DNA of 64,000 nucleotides from Candidatus Omnitrophota bacterium (GCA_040753015.1 JBFMHM010000001.1:275157-339156); one strand, 5' to 3'; positions 39,304-49,986 are shown, numbered from the stretch's first letter. Translations and numbers: made by a program. Notes: generated by a model not told the origin, from the letters alone.

Positions 39304-40589
39304 CTACCCATCCCTAAATATTTAAAACCAATTTTCTCTAACTTCCTTTTATCATACATATTCCTTCCATCAATTATTATAGGTTGGTGCATAAGTTTTT
39401 TAATTTTTGAGAAATCCAATTCTTTGAATTCATTCCATTCGGTAATAACACAAAGACAGTCGCATCTACGAACAAGATCATAAACGCTATTACAATATTT
39501 TAAAGGCAGACCTAATTTTTTTGCTGTCGGCATCGCCTGCGGATCAAAGGCCTTTAATTTTGCGCCTTCTTTAGACAGCTCGTTAATAATGTCTATTGAT
39601 GGTGCAAAACGCATATCATCTGTATTTGGTTTAAAAGAAAGCCCCAAAATACCAATATTCTTGCCTTTTATAATCCATAGGCTATCTTTAATTTTTTTTA
39701 AAAAAATATTTTTCTGATTATCATTAATTTTTTTAACTTCTTCAAGTAGCCTAAAATCATAACCAATTTTTTGGCTAATCCTTATAAATGCATCAATATC
39801 TTTCGGGAAACAGAATCCACCATAACCTAAACCAGAATCTAGGAAAGGCCTGCCGATTCTTTTATCTAACCCAATACCCTGCGCAATCTTCTCAATGTCT
39901 GCGCCAGTTTTTTCTGCAATTTGGCTAATAGCATTAATAAAAGAAATCTTTGCCGCTAAAAATGAATTTGAGGCATGTTTAATAAGCTCTGCGCTTTTAA
40001 TATCCGTAACCAAAATCGGCGCATTGAGAGGTAAGTATAACTCTTTTAGAATATTCTCTGCCTTTTTACTTTTAACTCCTAATATAATCCGATCCGGATG
40101 CATAAAATCATTAATCGCCGTGCCCTCTCTTAAAAATTCCGGGTTTGACGCAACATCAAACTTAATATTTTTTCTAATATTCACGCGAATTGTATGTTCA
40201 ACCCACATACCTGTCTCAACAGGAACAGTTGATTTTTCAACAATAAGCTTATAGGAAGCCATATTTTCTGCAATTTCTTCTGCAACATTTTCAACAAAAG
40301 TTAAATCCGCTTCTCCGTTATCTCTGGGCGGAGTACCAACAGCAATAAATATAACCAAAGAATCTTTTATTGCTTCTTTTATACTTGTAGAAAATTTAAG
40401 GCGTCTCTCTAAAACATTCCTTTCAACTAATTCTTTTAACCCCGGCTCATAAATAGGCATAATGAGCTTTTTTAAATCGGCAATTTTTTTTCTATTACTA
40501 TCAACACAGATAACCTCATTCCCCAGCTCGGCAAAACAAGCTCCGCTAACCAACCCCACATATCCTGAACCAATAACTGTTATCACCAT
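39300..40589 (-). CDS. ugd: UDP-glucose 6-dehydrogenase
   Basis: 429 aa with VIGSGYVGL and the GGFCFPKD catalytic motif. No intein. Confidence 0.85.
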   Translation of the reverse strand: MVITVIGSGYVGLVSGACFAELGNEVICVDSNRKKIADLKKLIMPIYEPGLKELVERNVLERRLKFSTSIKEAIKDSLVIFIAVGTPPRDNGEADLTFVENVAEEIAENMASYKLIVEKSTVPVETGMWVEHTIRVNIRKNIKFDVASNPEFLREGTAINDFMHPDRIILGVKSKKAENILKELYLPLNAPILVTDIKSAELIKHASNSFLAAKISFINAISQIAEKTGADIEKIAQGIGLDKRIGRPFLDSGLGYGGFCFPKDIDAFIRISQKIGYDFRLLEEVKKINDNQKNIFLKKIKDSLWIIKGKNIGILGLSFKPNTDDMRFAPSIDIINELSKEGAKLKAFDPQAMPTAKKLGLPLKYCNSVYDLVRRCDCLCVITEWNEFKELDFSKIKKLMHQPIIIDGRNMYDKRKLEKIGFKYLGMGR

Positions 40590-42715
40590 GCTCGAGAAGA
40601 CTCCGTTCTTGGGCCGCTATAGGTTGCGTCCATCCTAAGTTCAGCTTCAGGAAACGCCTTACAGGTTAAAGTAAACCAAACAGTATGCCCGCCATTTTTC
40701 TTAACATTATAAGCCATACTTAATAACCAACAATGCAAATCGCGCGAAATAGCATATTCCTGTTCCCTTAAACCATATAACGGCTCACCATAAGCATCTG
40801 TGGCCCGCGAAAATTCAAAACGTTGATATGTTCTAAATTCCCACAAAGGATTAATCCTATAGCGAAACTGACTAATCATCTGCTTACCTACTGACCGTCT
40901 ATAACGAAACCCGGTTAAATAGCTCCATTTTTTTTGATTTAAATCTAAATCTATGTTAACCGTATCGAATACATTTAAGCTCTTATCATATGTTGCCTCT
41001 GTTTCAAAATGCACCCATTCATACGGCCATATTTCAAGATCAAAGTATATATTGGAAAATTTGCCTTTTCCTGTATAGAAATCTTTAAATATATAACTCG
41101 TATCTACTCTAAAAATTGCTAAATCACGAGAAACATCATTTTTTGTTTTTGTTTGTAATTTATTTATCAATTCAATAATAACCTGCTTGTCATTTTCTAT
41201 TTTATCAATATCATCGAATTCTCTTAATTTATCAGCTGGTATAGTTGGCTTATGAGTATAACTGAACCTTGCTACAGGATTAATTATATGGCGGATTTTA
41301 TTTATATCAAGCCCAAAACTATCCATTTTAAAATCATAGACTTTAAATAATTTTGCACTAGCATCAAGGCCTGCAACTACAGCTGTCCTTGGTGCGATAC
41401 CATCACCTGCTATATCCTTTTTATAAAACGTTTCTCTTGACCCACCATAAGGCGTCAGTTCTAAAAAAGCGGCCTTAAAAGGAAAAGAAAGTTTATTTAA
41501 TGTATCAAATCTCACCTGATCATAATCAATATCAGTAGGGCTTATGAATTTATGAGTAAAATTTGTAAGCGTTGTTATATTTTTAAAATATACCGGGCTA
41601 CCAAATAAAGATTGGTTATTTGTTTCGAATTTTATCTCGGGCAACTTATCAATTTCAGAATAAAAATGATTTGTACGTTTCAAGTAATAAGCGCTTAAAT
41701 TTGAATTAATAGGCAAAAAATTATGGGTTACATAAATATAAGATTTTGGCTGGACATCGCTTTGATATTCCCTATAAAAATAGTCTTTCAAAAAATTAAT
41801 ATCGCTCGTCCTATGGAATTCAGAAATTATATCGGTATTCTTAAGCTGTGTCTTATGACGAAAACGCAATAAATACCTTTGGCGCTCGGTTGTTCCAGGC
41901 CCTGCCTCGGGTATCTGTTCATTCGTATAATAAGCTTTATAATCGCCTGCGCCGAGTGCCCCATAATCATAATTAATGCCAAAACCTTCCCCCCAGCCCC
42001 TTCTTTCTCTATAGTCCAGATAAACACGCCCCCTAACTTTATCAGATAAATTGAACCTTGTTTTAGTCAAAATAAAAGTTCCCCAATCTTTACTACTGCC
42101 TGGAGTAATATTAAAGTTAAAAGCATTATCGGTTTTTAAATAATGCACGAATCGCGGAAAAAAGAAAATTGGTATATTCCCGGCAAATATTTTTACATTT
42201 TTTGCAATTATTTTTTCATCAGGATAAAATTCGATCTGCCTTGTACGAATTCGGTAATGCGGATGCTCTAAATCACAGCTTGTTACGTATCCGCCATCGA
42301 TTACTGTTCTATTGCCTTGATCCTTGTTAATTAAATCCCCGTGTGCATACATTGGCGGCGCATCAATATCAGCATTAACAATCTTGCCGGTTTTTGTATC
42401 AAAATTATAATTAATTTTTTCCCCGCGCATAACTATATCTTTATGCCTCAGGACGACGTTACCAGATGCTATGCCGTCTTTTGTCTGAGTAGAAACTTCT
42501 AGATTATCGCACGTTAATTTTGATCCCTGATAAACAACTACTACATTGCCAGATGCAATAATCTTTTTCTCTTTGGTTAAATATTCTACTGTATCGCCAT
42601 TTACAGAAATAGGTTGTTTATTATCTTGAGCATAACAGGAAAGTAAAAAGCAGAAATTAAAAAGCAGAAAGCAAAACGAGCATTTAATAATTAAATACCT
42701 TCTAGCACTAAACAC
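40583..42715 (-). CDS. lptD: LPS-assembly outer-membrane protein LptD
   Basis: 710 aa. Signal peptide, OstA-like N-terminal domain, large C-terminal barrel. Confidence 0.75.
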   Translation of the reverse strand: MFSARRYLIIKCSFCFLLFNFCFLLSCYAQDNKQPISVNGDTVEYLTKEKKIIASGNVVVVYQGSKLTCDNLEVSTQTKDGIASGNVVLRHKDIVMRGEKINYNFDTKTGKIVNADIDAPPMYAHGDLINKDQGNRTVIDGGYVTSCDLEHPHYRIRTRQIEFYPDEKIIAKNVKIFAGNIPIFFFPRFVHYLKTDNAFNFNITPGSSKDWGTFILTKTRFNLSDKVRGRVYLDYRERRGWGEGFGINYDYGALGAGDYKAYYTNEQIPEAGPGTTERQRYLLRFRHKTQLKNTDIISEFHRTSDINFLKDYFYREYQSDVQPKSYIYVTHNFLPINSNLSAYYLKRTNHFYSEIDKLPEIKFETNNQSLFGSPVYFKNITTLTNFTHKFISPTDIDYDQVRFDTLNKLSFPFKAAFLELTPYGGSRETFYKKDIAGDGIAPRTAVVAGLDASAKLFKVYDFKMDSFGLDINKIRHIINPVARFSYTHKPTIPADKLREFDDIDKIENDKQVIIELINKLQTKTKNDVSRDLAIFRVDTSYIFKDFYTGKGKFSNIYFDLEIWPYEWVHFETEATYDKSLNVFDTVNIDLDLNQKKWSYLTGFRYRRSVGKQMISQFRYRINPLWEFRTYQRFEFSRATDAYGEPLYGLREQEYAISRDLHCWLLSMAYNVKKNGGHTVWFTLTCKAFPEAELRMDATYSGPRTESSRAW

Positions 42716-43605
42716 GCCGCACCCATAAGACCAGCATTTTCTGAAAGTTTAGCTTTCTCAACTTTTACTGCATTTGCCGGTGACATTGCCCGTTCTTTTA
42801 TTGTTTTTTTAACAGTATCAAAAAGTATCTTACCGGCCGCAGAAATACCGCCTCCTAAAACAATCATCTCGGGATTAAAAAAATTAACAACCCCAGTTAA
42901 AGCAATACCTAAATGCCTGCCAACTGCTTCCCATAGGTTAAGCGCTCTTTTATCGCCACATTTTGCCATTTGGCTTATTTCTTCTAACGTGTATTCCTTG
43001 CTAAATAATGTGAATACCTTCTGTAAAATAAATCTATTGCCTATATAACGCTCTAGGCATCCCATCCCCCCACAATTACATATTGGGCCGTCTTGATCAA
43101 TAGGAATATGCCCTACCTCGCCAGCTGCATAATTATATCCGCGATAAATTTTACCATTAATAATAATACCGCCACCAACGCCTGTACCTAAAGTAACACA
43201 AATCGAACTAGTTGTATTCTTAGCAGCTCCAAATTTATATTCTGCAAGCGCAGCCAAATTAGAATCATTATCAATATAAACAGGGGTTTTTATATTTTTA
43301 TTTATCAATGCCCTAAGAGGTACTTCCTTCCAACCAGGAATATTTGGAAAATAGTGAACAACCCCCTTTACGGGATTTACCGGGCCTGGCAAACCCATAC
43401 CAATACCACAAAGTTGCTTTAAAGTTATATTCTTATCTCCTAACATTTCTTCAATAGAAAAGATTAAACCATCAATGAGATCTTGTTTTGAAGTAAATCC
43501 TTTTGTCGGCAGGATCCGCTTAGAGATAATTTTAAGCTGGGTATTAAAAAGGCCGAGTTTGGTATTCGTACCACCTAAATCAACTGCAATTATATATTTA
43601 GACAT
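42691..43605 (-). CDS. ROK-family glucokinase
   Basis: DLGGTNTK, a ROK signature, and a CNCGGMGCLE zinc motif. Confidence 0.8.
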   Translation of the reverse strand: MSKYIIAVDLGGTNTKLGLFNTQLKIISKRILPTKGFTSKQDLIDGLIFSIEEMLGDKNITLKQLCGIGMGLPGPVNPVKGVVHYFPNIPGWKEVPLRALINKNIKTPVYIDNDSNLAALAEYKFGAAKNTTSSICVTLGTGVGGGIIINGKIYRGYNYAAGEVGHIPIDQDGPICNCGGMGCLERYIGNRFILQKVFTLFSKEYTLEEISQMAKCGDKRALNLWEAVGRHLGIALTGVVNFFNPEMIVLGGGISAAGKILFDTVKKTIKERAMSPANAVKVEKAKLSENAGLMGAACLVLEGI

Positions 43606-43673
43606 AAAAAAATAACCTAATGTAATTTAATATTATAATAAATATAATTATTATACTTTAATTCTTAATTCTG

Positions 43674-44513
43674 TCAATTCAAAGCATAATCTAGGGTTTT
43701 AGCGAGCATCTCCTTTAGTTGTTTACGATGACAAACAAGATCAATTAGGCCATGTTCTAATAAAAACTCGGAACGTTGAAATCCCTCTGGAAGCTTCTGC
43801 CGGATTGTTTGCTCAATAACCCTCGGCCCAGCAAAACCAATTAATGCCTTTGGCTCTGCAATAATAATATCGCCTAATGCCGCGAAAGATGCCATAATTC
43901 CTGCCATTGTTGGATTAGTAAGGACTGATATAAAAAGAAGCCCTGAATCATGATGCCGAGAAAGTGCGCTTGATGTTTTTGACATCTGCATCAAAGAAAG
44001 CATACCCTCATACATCCTTGCCCCGCCTCCTGATCCAGAAACAATTATTATAGGAAGTTTCTTTTTTGTCGCAGCCTCAATTGCACGGGTAATTTTTTCA
44101 CCAACTACCGACCCCATCGATCCCATAATAAACCTTGAATCCGTAACAGCGAAAATTATTTTTGTATCTAAAAGCCTGCCCTCTCCAGTTATAACAGCAT
44201 CAACTAAACCTGTTGCTTTCTGATCTTCGGCAAGTTTCTCTTTATAAGTCTTAGGTCCCTTAAACTGCAAGGGATCTTGCGAATACATTTTTGCGTCAAA
44301 TTCTTGAAAAGTGTCTTTATCAATTAATAAATCAATTCTTTCGCGCGATGTCAAAACAAAATGATAATTACATTTAGAACACACTTTAAAATTTTCATAA
44401 AGCGTTTTGTTATATAAAACTTCTCCGCAATCCGGGCACTTCGTCCAAAGCCCCTCTGGAATCTCTTTCTTTTTTATTTTAACTAATGTATATTTTGATT
44501 TTCCAAAAAACAT
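43674..44513 (-). CDS. accD: Acetyl-CoA carboxylase carboxyltransferase beta subunit
   Basis: CPDCGEVLY...CSKCNYH zinc ribbon plus the carboxyltransferase domain. Confidence 0.9.
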   Translation of the reverse strand: MFFGKSKYTLVKIKKKEIPEGLWTKCPDCGEVLYNKTLYENFKVCSKCNYHFVLTSRERIDLLIDKDTFQEFDAKMYSQDPLQFKGPKTYKEKLAEDQKATGLVDAVITGEGRLLDTKIIFAVTDSRFIMGSMGSVVGEKITRAIEAATKKKLPIIIVSGSGGGARMYEGMLSLMQMSKTSSALSRHHDSGLLFISVLTNPTMAGIMASFAALGDIIIAEPKALIGFAGPRVIEQTIRQKLPEGFQRSEFLLEHGLIDLVCHRKQLKEMLAKTLDYALN

Positions 44514-44518
44514 AAAGA

Positions 44519-45796
44519 TTATCTCACCTGATTTAAAATACCAAATTCTTCAAACTTATGTATTACTATTCCGGAAAGAACCTTGGGATAAAAATAGGTT
44601 GATTTCTGAGGCATCTTTTCCTTAAAACTCGCAATTTTAATTAAATCTTCAATCTTTATTGGGTTAACGAATATTGCTAGCTCAAAATCTTTTCTATCAA
44701 CCAAATTTACTGCCTCATTAATTTCTATCGTATACTTTACCTCTGTATCCGGATTGCCAAAAAGCGGCTTTAGCATCAAATATTTCAGGATCGTTACATC
44801 CAGTTTTTTATATGCATGCGGTTTATCTAAATCAACATATTGTTCAATTAAATTATCGTTTTTTAGTTTTAAAAAATAAAACTTCCCGTCATATAAACCA
44901 AAAACATGCGCATCTATATTTTTTTTCATAAGTAAATCTAATTCGCTGCCTGATTTAATATTTTTAATATCGAAATATTCAGATAATATACCTACAGTAT
45001 TATCGCTTTTTTCTTTAACCAGGCGGTGAATCGGTAATATTGTTAAATCGCTAGAATCGACATCAGTAAAATAACTCATAACATAATTAAAACTTTCATC
45101 GCCGGTAAATTTTTCCGAAATATTTTTCATACTTTGTCTAAATTGGCTGGCGACTTCATAACGATGATGCCCGTCAGCAATAAACATCGGCTTATCTATA
45201 AGATTATTTTTTATTAATTTGATTATCTCTTTATCTACAACTTTCCAAATCCTATGACTAGCTCCATCAATATCAACTATATTAATATCTGGCTTAGAAA
45301 GTTTTAATTTTTCGTCAAATATTCTCTTGAGCATACGCTCTTTATCAGAAAACATAATAAAAATTGGGCTTAAATTCGCTTTCACATGGCTTAGAAGTTC
45401 AAAACGATCGAGCTTTGCTGGTAAATGAGTATTTTCGTGAGGAAAAACAGCCCCTTTTTCATCAATCTTTAATAAGGCAATAAAACCTAGCCGATTTTTT
45501 TTCTCATTATTAATAATATATTGATGGTCGTATAAATAAACCGCTGGCTCATTATCTTGTATAAGAATATTATTCGAAATTAACTCTTGAAATTTATTTG
45601 AAGCAGACTTATATTTGTCAAGTCCATCTTGCCCTTGACTCAAAAGTACATGGATTAAATTAGAAGGATCTTTCTGTGCATAGGCCCGCCTCTGATGCTC
45701 ATTAATTACATCGTAAGGCGGACAAACTACCTTTGACAAGTCACTAATCTTATCTTGATTATAAACAAAACCTTTAAATTCTTTAATCTCTGTCAT
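44519..45796 (-). CDS. DUF1015 family protein
   Basis: 425 aa with a DUF1015-like profile (IADGHHR...). Confidence 0.55.
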   Translation of the reverse strand: MTEIKEFKGFVYNQDKISDLSKVVCPPYDVINEHQRRAYAQKDPSNLIHVLLSQGQDGLDKYKSASNKFQELISNNILIQDNEPAVYLYDHQYIINNEKKNRLGFIALLKIDEKGAVFPHENTHLPAKLDRFELLSHVKANLSPIFIMFSDKERMLKRIFDEKLKLSKPDINIVDIDGASHRIWKVVDKEIIKLIKNNLIDKPMFIADGHHRYEVASQFRQSMKNISEKFTGDESFNYVMSYFTDVDSSDLTILPIHRLVKEKSDNTVGILSEYFDIKNIKSGSELDLLMKKNIDAHVFGLYDGKFYFLKLKNDNLIEQYVDLDKPHAYKKLDVTILKYLMLKPLFGNPDTEVKYTIEINEAVNLVDRKDFELAIFVNPIKIEDLIKIASFKEKMPQKSTYFYPKVLSGIVIHKFEEFGILNQVR

Positions 45797-46143
45797 CGAA
45801 TTAACGTTATCCCAATAATTGCCCCGAGCATATCACTAACTAAATCGGGCATTGCTGCATTACGTCCAGGTACAAAAGCCTGATGTAATTCATCAATCAT
45901 ACCAAATACCACTGTGCAATATAATACAATAAAAATAATAAAAATATACTTAAAATTTTTAATATATGCTTTTAGCGCCCTAAAAAGTAAAATCGAGAAA
46001 ACAATATACTCAAATACATGAACTATTTTATCAGAAAAAGGTATATTTGTCTTGGGAAAAAAATAAGCAGGCCTTGAAGAAAGATAATACAAAAATCCGG
46101 ACCAAATAAAAAAAGGCAGCCAATAGAAAATAAATTTTTTCAA
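45793..46143 (-). CDS. VanZ-like membrane protein, start re-placed at the TTG at 46143
   Basis: The ORF-table version (to 46311) overlaps the FmdB gene by 150 nt. GAAGGAGCAG then TTG (LKKFIFYW...) gives a non-overlapping ~117-aa VanZ-like protein. Confidence 0.5.
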   Translation of the reverse strand: MKKFIFYWLPFFIWSGFLYYLSSRPAYFFPKTNIPFSDKIVHVFEYIVFSILLFRALKAYIKNFKYIFIIFIVLYCTVVFGMIDELHQAFVPGRNAAMPDLVSDMLGAIIGITLIR

Positions 46144-46159
46144 ACTGCTCCTTCTAAAA

Positions 46160-46429
46160 TTAATGCTTGTGGTTACAGCCTTGGCAGCCTTTATTTTTAT
46201 CGGCCATTGGGCAAGATTGAGATGCAGACGAACCTTGGTTTGCACCGCCTTTACGATAATCCGTAGCGTAAAAACCAGAACCTTTAAAAATAAATCCGCC
46301 GCCGGTTCCAAGAAGCCTTTTCACCTTCTGATTACACTTTGGACAACTTTCTAAAGGTACATCGTTTATATTTTGGAATTTTTCAAAAACCTCACCACAG
46401 CTTAAACATTCATATTCATATGTTGGCAC
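46160..46429 (-). CDS. FmdB-family zinc-ribbon protein
   Basis: MPTYEYECLSCGEVFE...CPKCNQ...CQGCNH. Confidence 0.7.
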   Translation of the reverse strand: MPTYEYECLSCGEVFEKFQNINDVPLESCPKCNQKVKRLLGTGGGFIFKGSGFYATDYRKGGANQGSSASQSCPMADKNKGCQGCNHKH

Positions 46430-46439
46430 AACTTCCTCC

Positions 46440-47588
46440 CTACTTAAATGCTTTTTTTATTTTATCAGTAAACGATTCTTTATTATCAATATTTTCGCCG
46501 GAAATTCTTGCAAATTCCTCTAACAATTCTCTTTGTTTTGTATTCAAAGATTGAGGAATTTCAATATTAACTACGACCAGCTCATCGCCGCGACTTCTGC
46601 CATGGACATCCGGCATACCTTTATCTCTTAGACGAAAAATTTTCCCTGTTTGTGTGCCTTGCGGTATTTTCATTCTTACATCACCTTCAAGCGTTGGCAC
46701 TTCAATCTCGCCACCCAAAGCCGCCTTTACCATACTTACAAAAACTTCAACTATAATATCATTATCCCGGCGAGAAAATTTTCTATCCTCTAGGACATTA
46801 ATTACCACATAAAGATCCCCTGCGCCTGCTTTACCCTCTTCTCCTTCACCTCTCAAGCGTAAATTCGAACCAGTATCAACTCCTGCAGGTATCTTCACTT
46901 CAATTTTATGAGCTGTTTTAACCCTTGCCTGTCCATGACAAATAGGACAAGGATGTGCAATAATTTCACCTTCACCGCGGCACCTGGAACAAGTCTGCCT
47001 AAGATTAAAAAAACCACTAGATACTGTTATATGGCCCTTACCCCGGCATTCTGGACAAGTTGTTTTTTTCGTTCCTGGTTTTGCACCCGTGCCCAAACAT
47101 TCCTTGCATAAATCATAACGGCTTATTTTTACTGTCTTACTAACGCCTTTGAATGCTTCTTCTAAAGTTATATCTACCTGAACCTGTAAATCGCGACCAC
47201 GTTCTCTATTATGACGGGTTCTCCTTTGGCCCGCACCAAAAATATCAAAACCTAAATCACTAAAAATCTCATCAAATAATCCACCACCAAAACCTTCTCC
47301 AAAAATACTCGAGAAATCAGCGCCTTTAAAGATATCTTGATAGCTATATTTTTGGTCTACGCCCGCATGCCCATATTGATCATAAAGAGAACGTTTCTGA
47401 GAATCAGATAAAACCGCATAGGCCTCGGATAATTCTTTAAATTGTTCCTCCGCTTCTTTCTTTTTTTCATGCGGCACTCTATCTGGATGATATTTTAAAG
47501 CAAGCGTACGATAAGCTTTCTTTACCTCATCTAAAGAAGCGCTTTTACTGATACCTAATATTTCATAATAATCTCTTTTTGTAGACAT
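46440..47588 (-). CDS. dnaJ: Chaperone DnaJ
   Basis: J domain (HPD), G/F region and four CxxCxGxG zinc repeats. Confidence 0.95.
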   Translation of the reverse strand: MSTKRDYYEILGISKSASLDEVKKAYRTLALKYHPDRVPHEKKKEAEEQFKELSEAYAVLSDSQKRSLYDQYGHAGVDQKYSYQDIFKGADFSSIFGEGFGGGLFDEIFSDLGFDIFGAGQRRTRHNRERGRDLQVQVDITLEEAFKGVSKTVKISRYDLCKECLGTGAKPGTKKTTCPECRGKGHITVSSGFFNLRQTCSRCRGEGEIIAHPCPICHGQARVKTAHKIEVKIPAGVDTGSNLRLRGEGEEGKAGAGDLYVVINVLEDRKFSRRDNDIIVEVFVSMVKAALGGEIEVPTLEGDVRMKIPQGTQTGKIFRLRDKGMPDVHGRSRGDELVVVNIEIPQSLNTKQRELLEEFARISGENIDNKESFTDKIKKAFK

Positions 47589-49480
47589 TATTTTTTATCA
47601 TCTTCCTCGCGATATTCAGCGTCTATAATGTCTTCTTTGTTTGAAGCGGATCCACCTTCGGCAGATTTACCGCCTTTATCTTCCTGTGGTCCTTTATCTT
47701 CTGCCTGAGAGGCGGGCTTTTGTTTCGCCGCCTCCTGCTTATAAATCTCTTCGGCAAGTTTATGCGATGCTTTACTTAAATCTTCCATTCCTTTTCGAAT
47801 ACGATCAACATTTTTATCCTTTATAGCTGCCTTTAAATCATTGATCTTTGCCTCAATATCGCCTTTCTCTTGCTGTGAAACTTTATCGCCATAATCTTTA
47901 AGCGCCTTTTCGGTTGAATAGACTAAAGTATCTGCCTGATTAACAACTTCAACTTCTTCTTTTCGTCTTTTATCCGTCTCAGCAAATTTATCCGCGTCAC
48001 GAACCATCCTATCAATCTCTTCCTGAGAAAGTTTTTTAGGAGCAGTAATCTTGATCGACTGTTCTTTTTTAGTGCCTAGGTCTTTAGCGGAAACATGAAC
48101 TATACCGTTTGCATCAATATCAAAAGCAACCTCAATCTGTGGAATACCTCGAGGTGCCGGCGGAATTCCAACTAAGTCAAATCTTCCTAGTTCCACATTA
48201 TCATCTGCCATTTGACGTTCACCTTGCAAAACCCTAATTGTTACTGCGGTTTGATTATCAGCCGCAGTTGAAAATACTTGCGATTTTCTTGTTGGAATAG
48301 TAGTATTTCTTTCAATAAGACGAGTACATACCCCACCTAAAGTCTCAATACCAAGCGATAAAGGAGTTACGTCTAAAAGTAATACATCCTTTGTATCACC
48401 TTTAATAATCGATGCTTGAATTGCAGCACCCATAGCAACGCATTCCATCGGGTCTACCCCACGCTCAATTTTTTTACCAACATAATCTTCGACAAATTTT
48501 TGCATAATCGGCATACGCGTAGGGCCACCTACCATAATTATACGATCGATATCACGGCTTTCAAGCTTTGCATCTGTTAATGCAATTTCCATAGGATGCT
48601 TACACTTATCAATAATCGGCGATACTAAATCCTCTAGTTTTGCACGTGTTATAGACATTGTTAAATGCTTAGGCCCAGAAGAATCAGCCGTGATAAATGG
48701 TAAATTAATATCTGTTGTAAGAGTGCTAGACAACTCGATCTTTGCTTTCTCTGCGGCCTCTCTAACTCTCTGGGTAGCCATTTTATCTTTTCTTAAATCA
48801 ATTCCCGTCTCTCTCTTAAATTGCTCAGCTATATAATCAATTAAAATATTATCCATATCTGTACCGCCTAGATGCGTATCACCAGATGTAGATTTTACTT
48901 CAAATACACCTTGCGCCATTTCCATAATAGTGACATCTAAAGTCCCGCCGCCAAAATCGAAAACCATTATTTTTTGCTCTTTCTCGCTTTTTTGCAGTCC
49001 ATAAGCAAGACAAGCTGCCGTTGGTTCATTTATAACACGTAAGACTTTTAACCCTGCAATCTCGCCAGCATCTTTAGTTGCTGTCCGCTGATTATCATTA
49101 AAATAAGCAGGGCATGTAATAACTACTTCTTCTACCTTATCACCAAGATAACTTTCAGCATCCTGTTTTATTTTCTGTAAAATAAATGCGGAAATCTGTT
49201 GAGGCGTATATTCCTTACCATAGGCCTTAAAATGAAAATCTTCGCCCATCTTACGCTTTGCCGCAAAAATAGTACCTTCTGGATTAACTGCTGCCTGACG
49301 ACGAGCCGGTTCTCCAACTAAACGCTCTCCTTCCTTAGTAAACGCTACATAAGAAGGAAATGCTTTACCAGAAGCAACACCCGCGCCTTCAGCTGAAGGA
49401 ATAATAACCGGCCTCGAACCTTCCATAACGCTAGCCGCTGAATTTGAAGTACCTAAATCAATGCCTATAACTTTTGCCAT
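47588..49480 (-). CDS. dnaK: Chaperone DnaK (start probably the ATG at 49480; the ORF-table GTG at 49486 adds two residues)
   Basis: [14 protein letters not shown]..., Hsp70 signatures. RBS GGAGGTG 7 nt upstream of the ATG at 49480. Confidence 0.95.
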   Translation of the reverse strand: MAKVIGIDLGTSNSAASVMEGSRPVIIPSAEGAGVASGKAFPSYVAFTKEGERLVGEPARRQAAVNPEGTIFAAKRKMGEDFHFKAYGKEYTPQQISAFILQKIKQDAESYLGDKVEEVVITCPAYFNDNQRTATKDAGEIAGLKVLRVINEPTAACLAYGLQKSEKEQKIMVFDFGGGTLDVTIMEMAQGVFEVKSTSGDTHLGGTDMDNILIDYIAEQFKRETGIDLRKDKMATQRVREAAEKAKIELSSTLTTDINLPFITADSSGPKHLTMSITRAKLEDLVSPIIDKCKHPMEIALTDAKLESRDIDRIIMVGGPTRMPIMQKFVEDYVGKKIERGVDPMECVAMGAAIQASIIKGDTKDVLLLDVTPLSLGIETLGGVCTRLIERNTTIPTRKSQVFSTAADNQTAVTIRVLQGERQMADDNVELGRFDLVGIPPAPRGIPQIEVAFDIDANGIVHVSAKDLGTKKEQSIKITAPKKLSQEEIDRMVRDADKFAETDKRRKEEVEVVNQADTLVYSTEKALKDYGDKVSQQEKGDIEAKINDLKAAIKDKNVDRIRKGMEDLSKASHKLAEEIYKQEAAKQKPASQAEDKGPQEDKGGKSAEGGSASNKEDIIDAEYREEDDKK

Positions 49481-49486
49481 TGCCAC

Positions 49487-49545
49487 ACCTCCATTGCAAC
49501 CGCTAAAGCGCTAAATACGCTAAAGCGCTAAATATTATTAACAAC
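49487..49545 (+). promoter_or_regulatory. Conserved ~60-nt leader upstream of dnaK: RBS GGAGGTG, the inverted core TTGCAACCGC, and four TTTAGCG(C) units (two AGCGCT palindromes with centres 17 nt apart)
   Basis: Transcribed strand: TTGTTAATAATATTTAGCGCTTTAGCGTATTTAGCGCTTTAGCGGTTGCAATGGAGGTG. A near-identical block lies upstream of gene 55935-57488 (57489-57548). Confidence 0.7.
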
Positions 49546-49905
49546 TCTTTTTATTTCTAATCTTGGTTTTGCAAAATTTAATATCAAACCCAATTTCACA
49601 TCAACTGCTTTTAGATACGATATTGTTTGTGCCAAATGAATATCATTAATTTCTGAAACACATTTTAATTCCAAAATAATCAAATCTCCTATTAAAAAAT
49701 CTATCCTTTGAGAACCAATATATAATTCTTTATATTTAACTTGGATTTCTTTTTCTTTATTATGCCTAATGTTTAATTTATCAAATTCATAAGCTAAAGC
49801 TGTCTGATAAATCTTCTCTACGAAACCAGGACCTAAATGTTTATGAACTTCTATTGCGATGCCAATAACCTTATTTGATAATTCATCTAATTGTTGTTTA
49901 TCCAT
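49528..49905 (-). CDS. GxxExxY family protein (TIGR04256-type)
   Basis: 125 aa, MDKQQLDELSNKVIGIAIEVHKHLGPGFVEKIYQ... carries the GxxExxY motif. Inserted between grpE and dnaK. Confidence 0.75.
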   Translation of the reverse strand: MDKQQLDELSNKVIGIAIEVHKHLGPGFVEKIYQTALAYEFDKLNIRHNKEKEIQVKYKELYIGSQRIDFLIGDLIILELKCVSEINDIHLAQTISYLKAVDVKLGLILNFAKPRLEIKRVVNNI

Positions 49906-49906
49906 T

Positions 49907-49986
49907 TTGCGCTTTTGCTATTTTTGCTTCTTTGCGGTTGCAACTTTTTTGCGCTTTTGCTATTTTTGCTTCTTTGCGGTTGCAAC
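49907..49986 (+). repeat. Perfect tandem duplication of a 40-nt unit containing GCGGTTGCAAC
   Basis: tttgcgcttttgctatttttgcttctttgcggttgcaact x2. The first unit is the 5' leader of the GxxExxY gene; the second forms the last codons of grpE (VATAKKQK). Confidence 0.85.
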
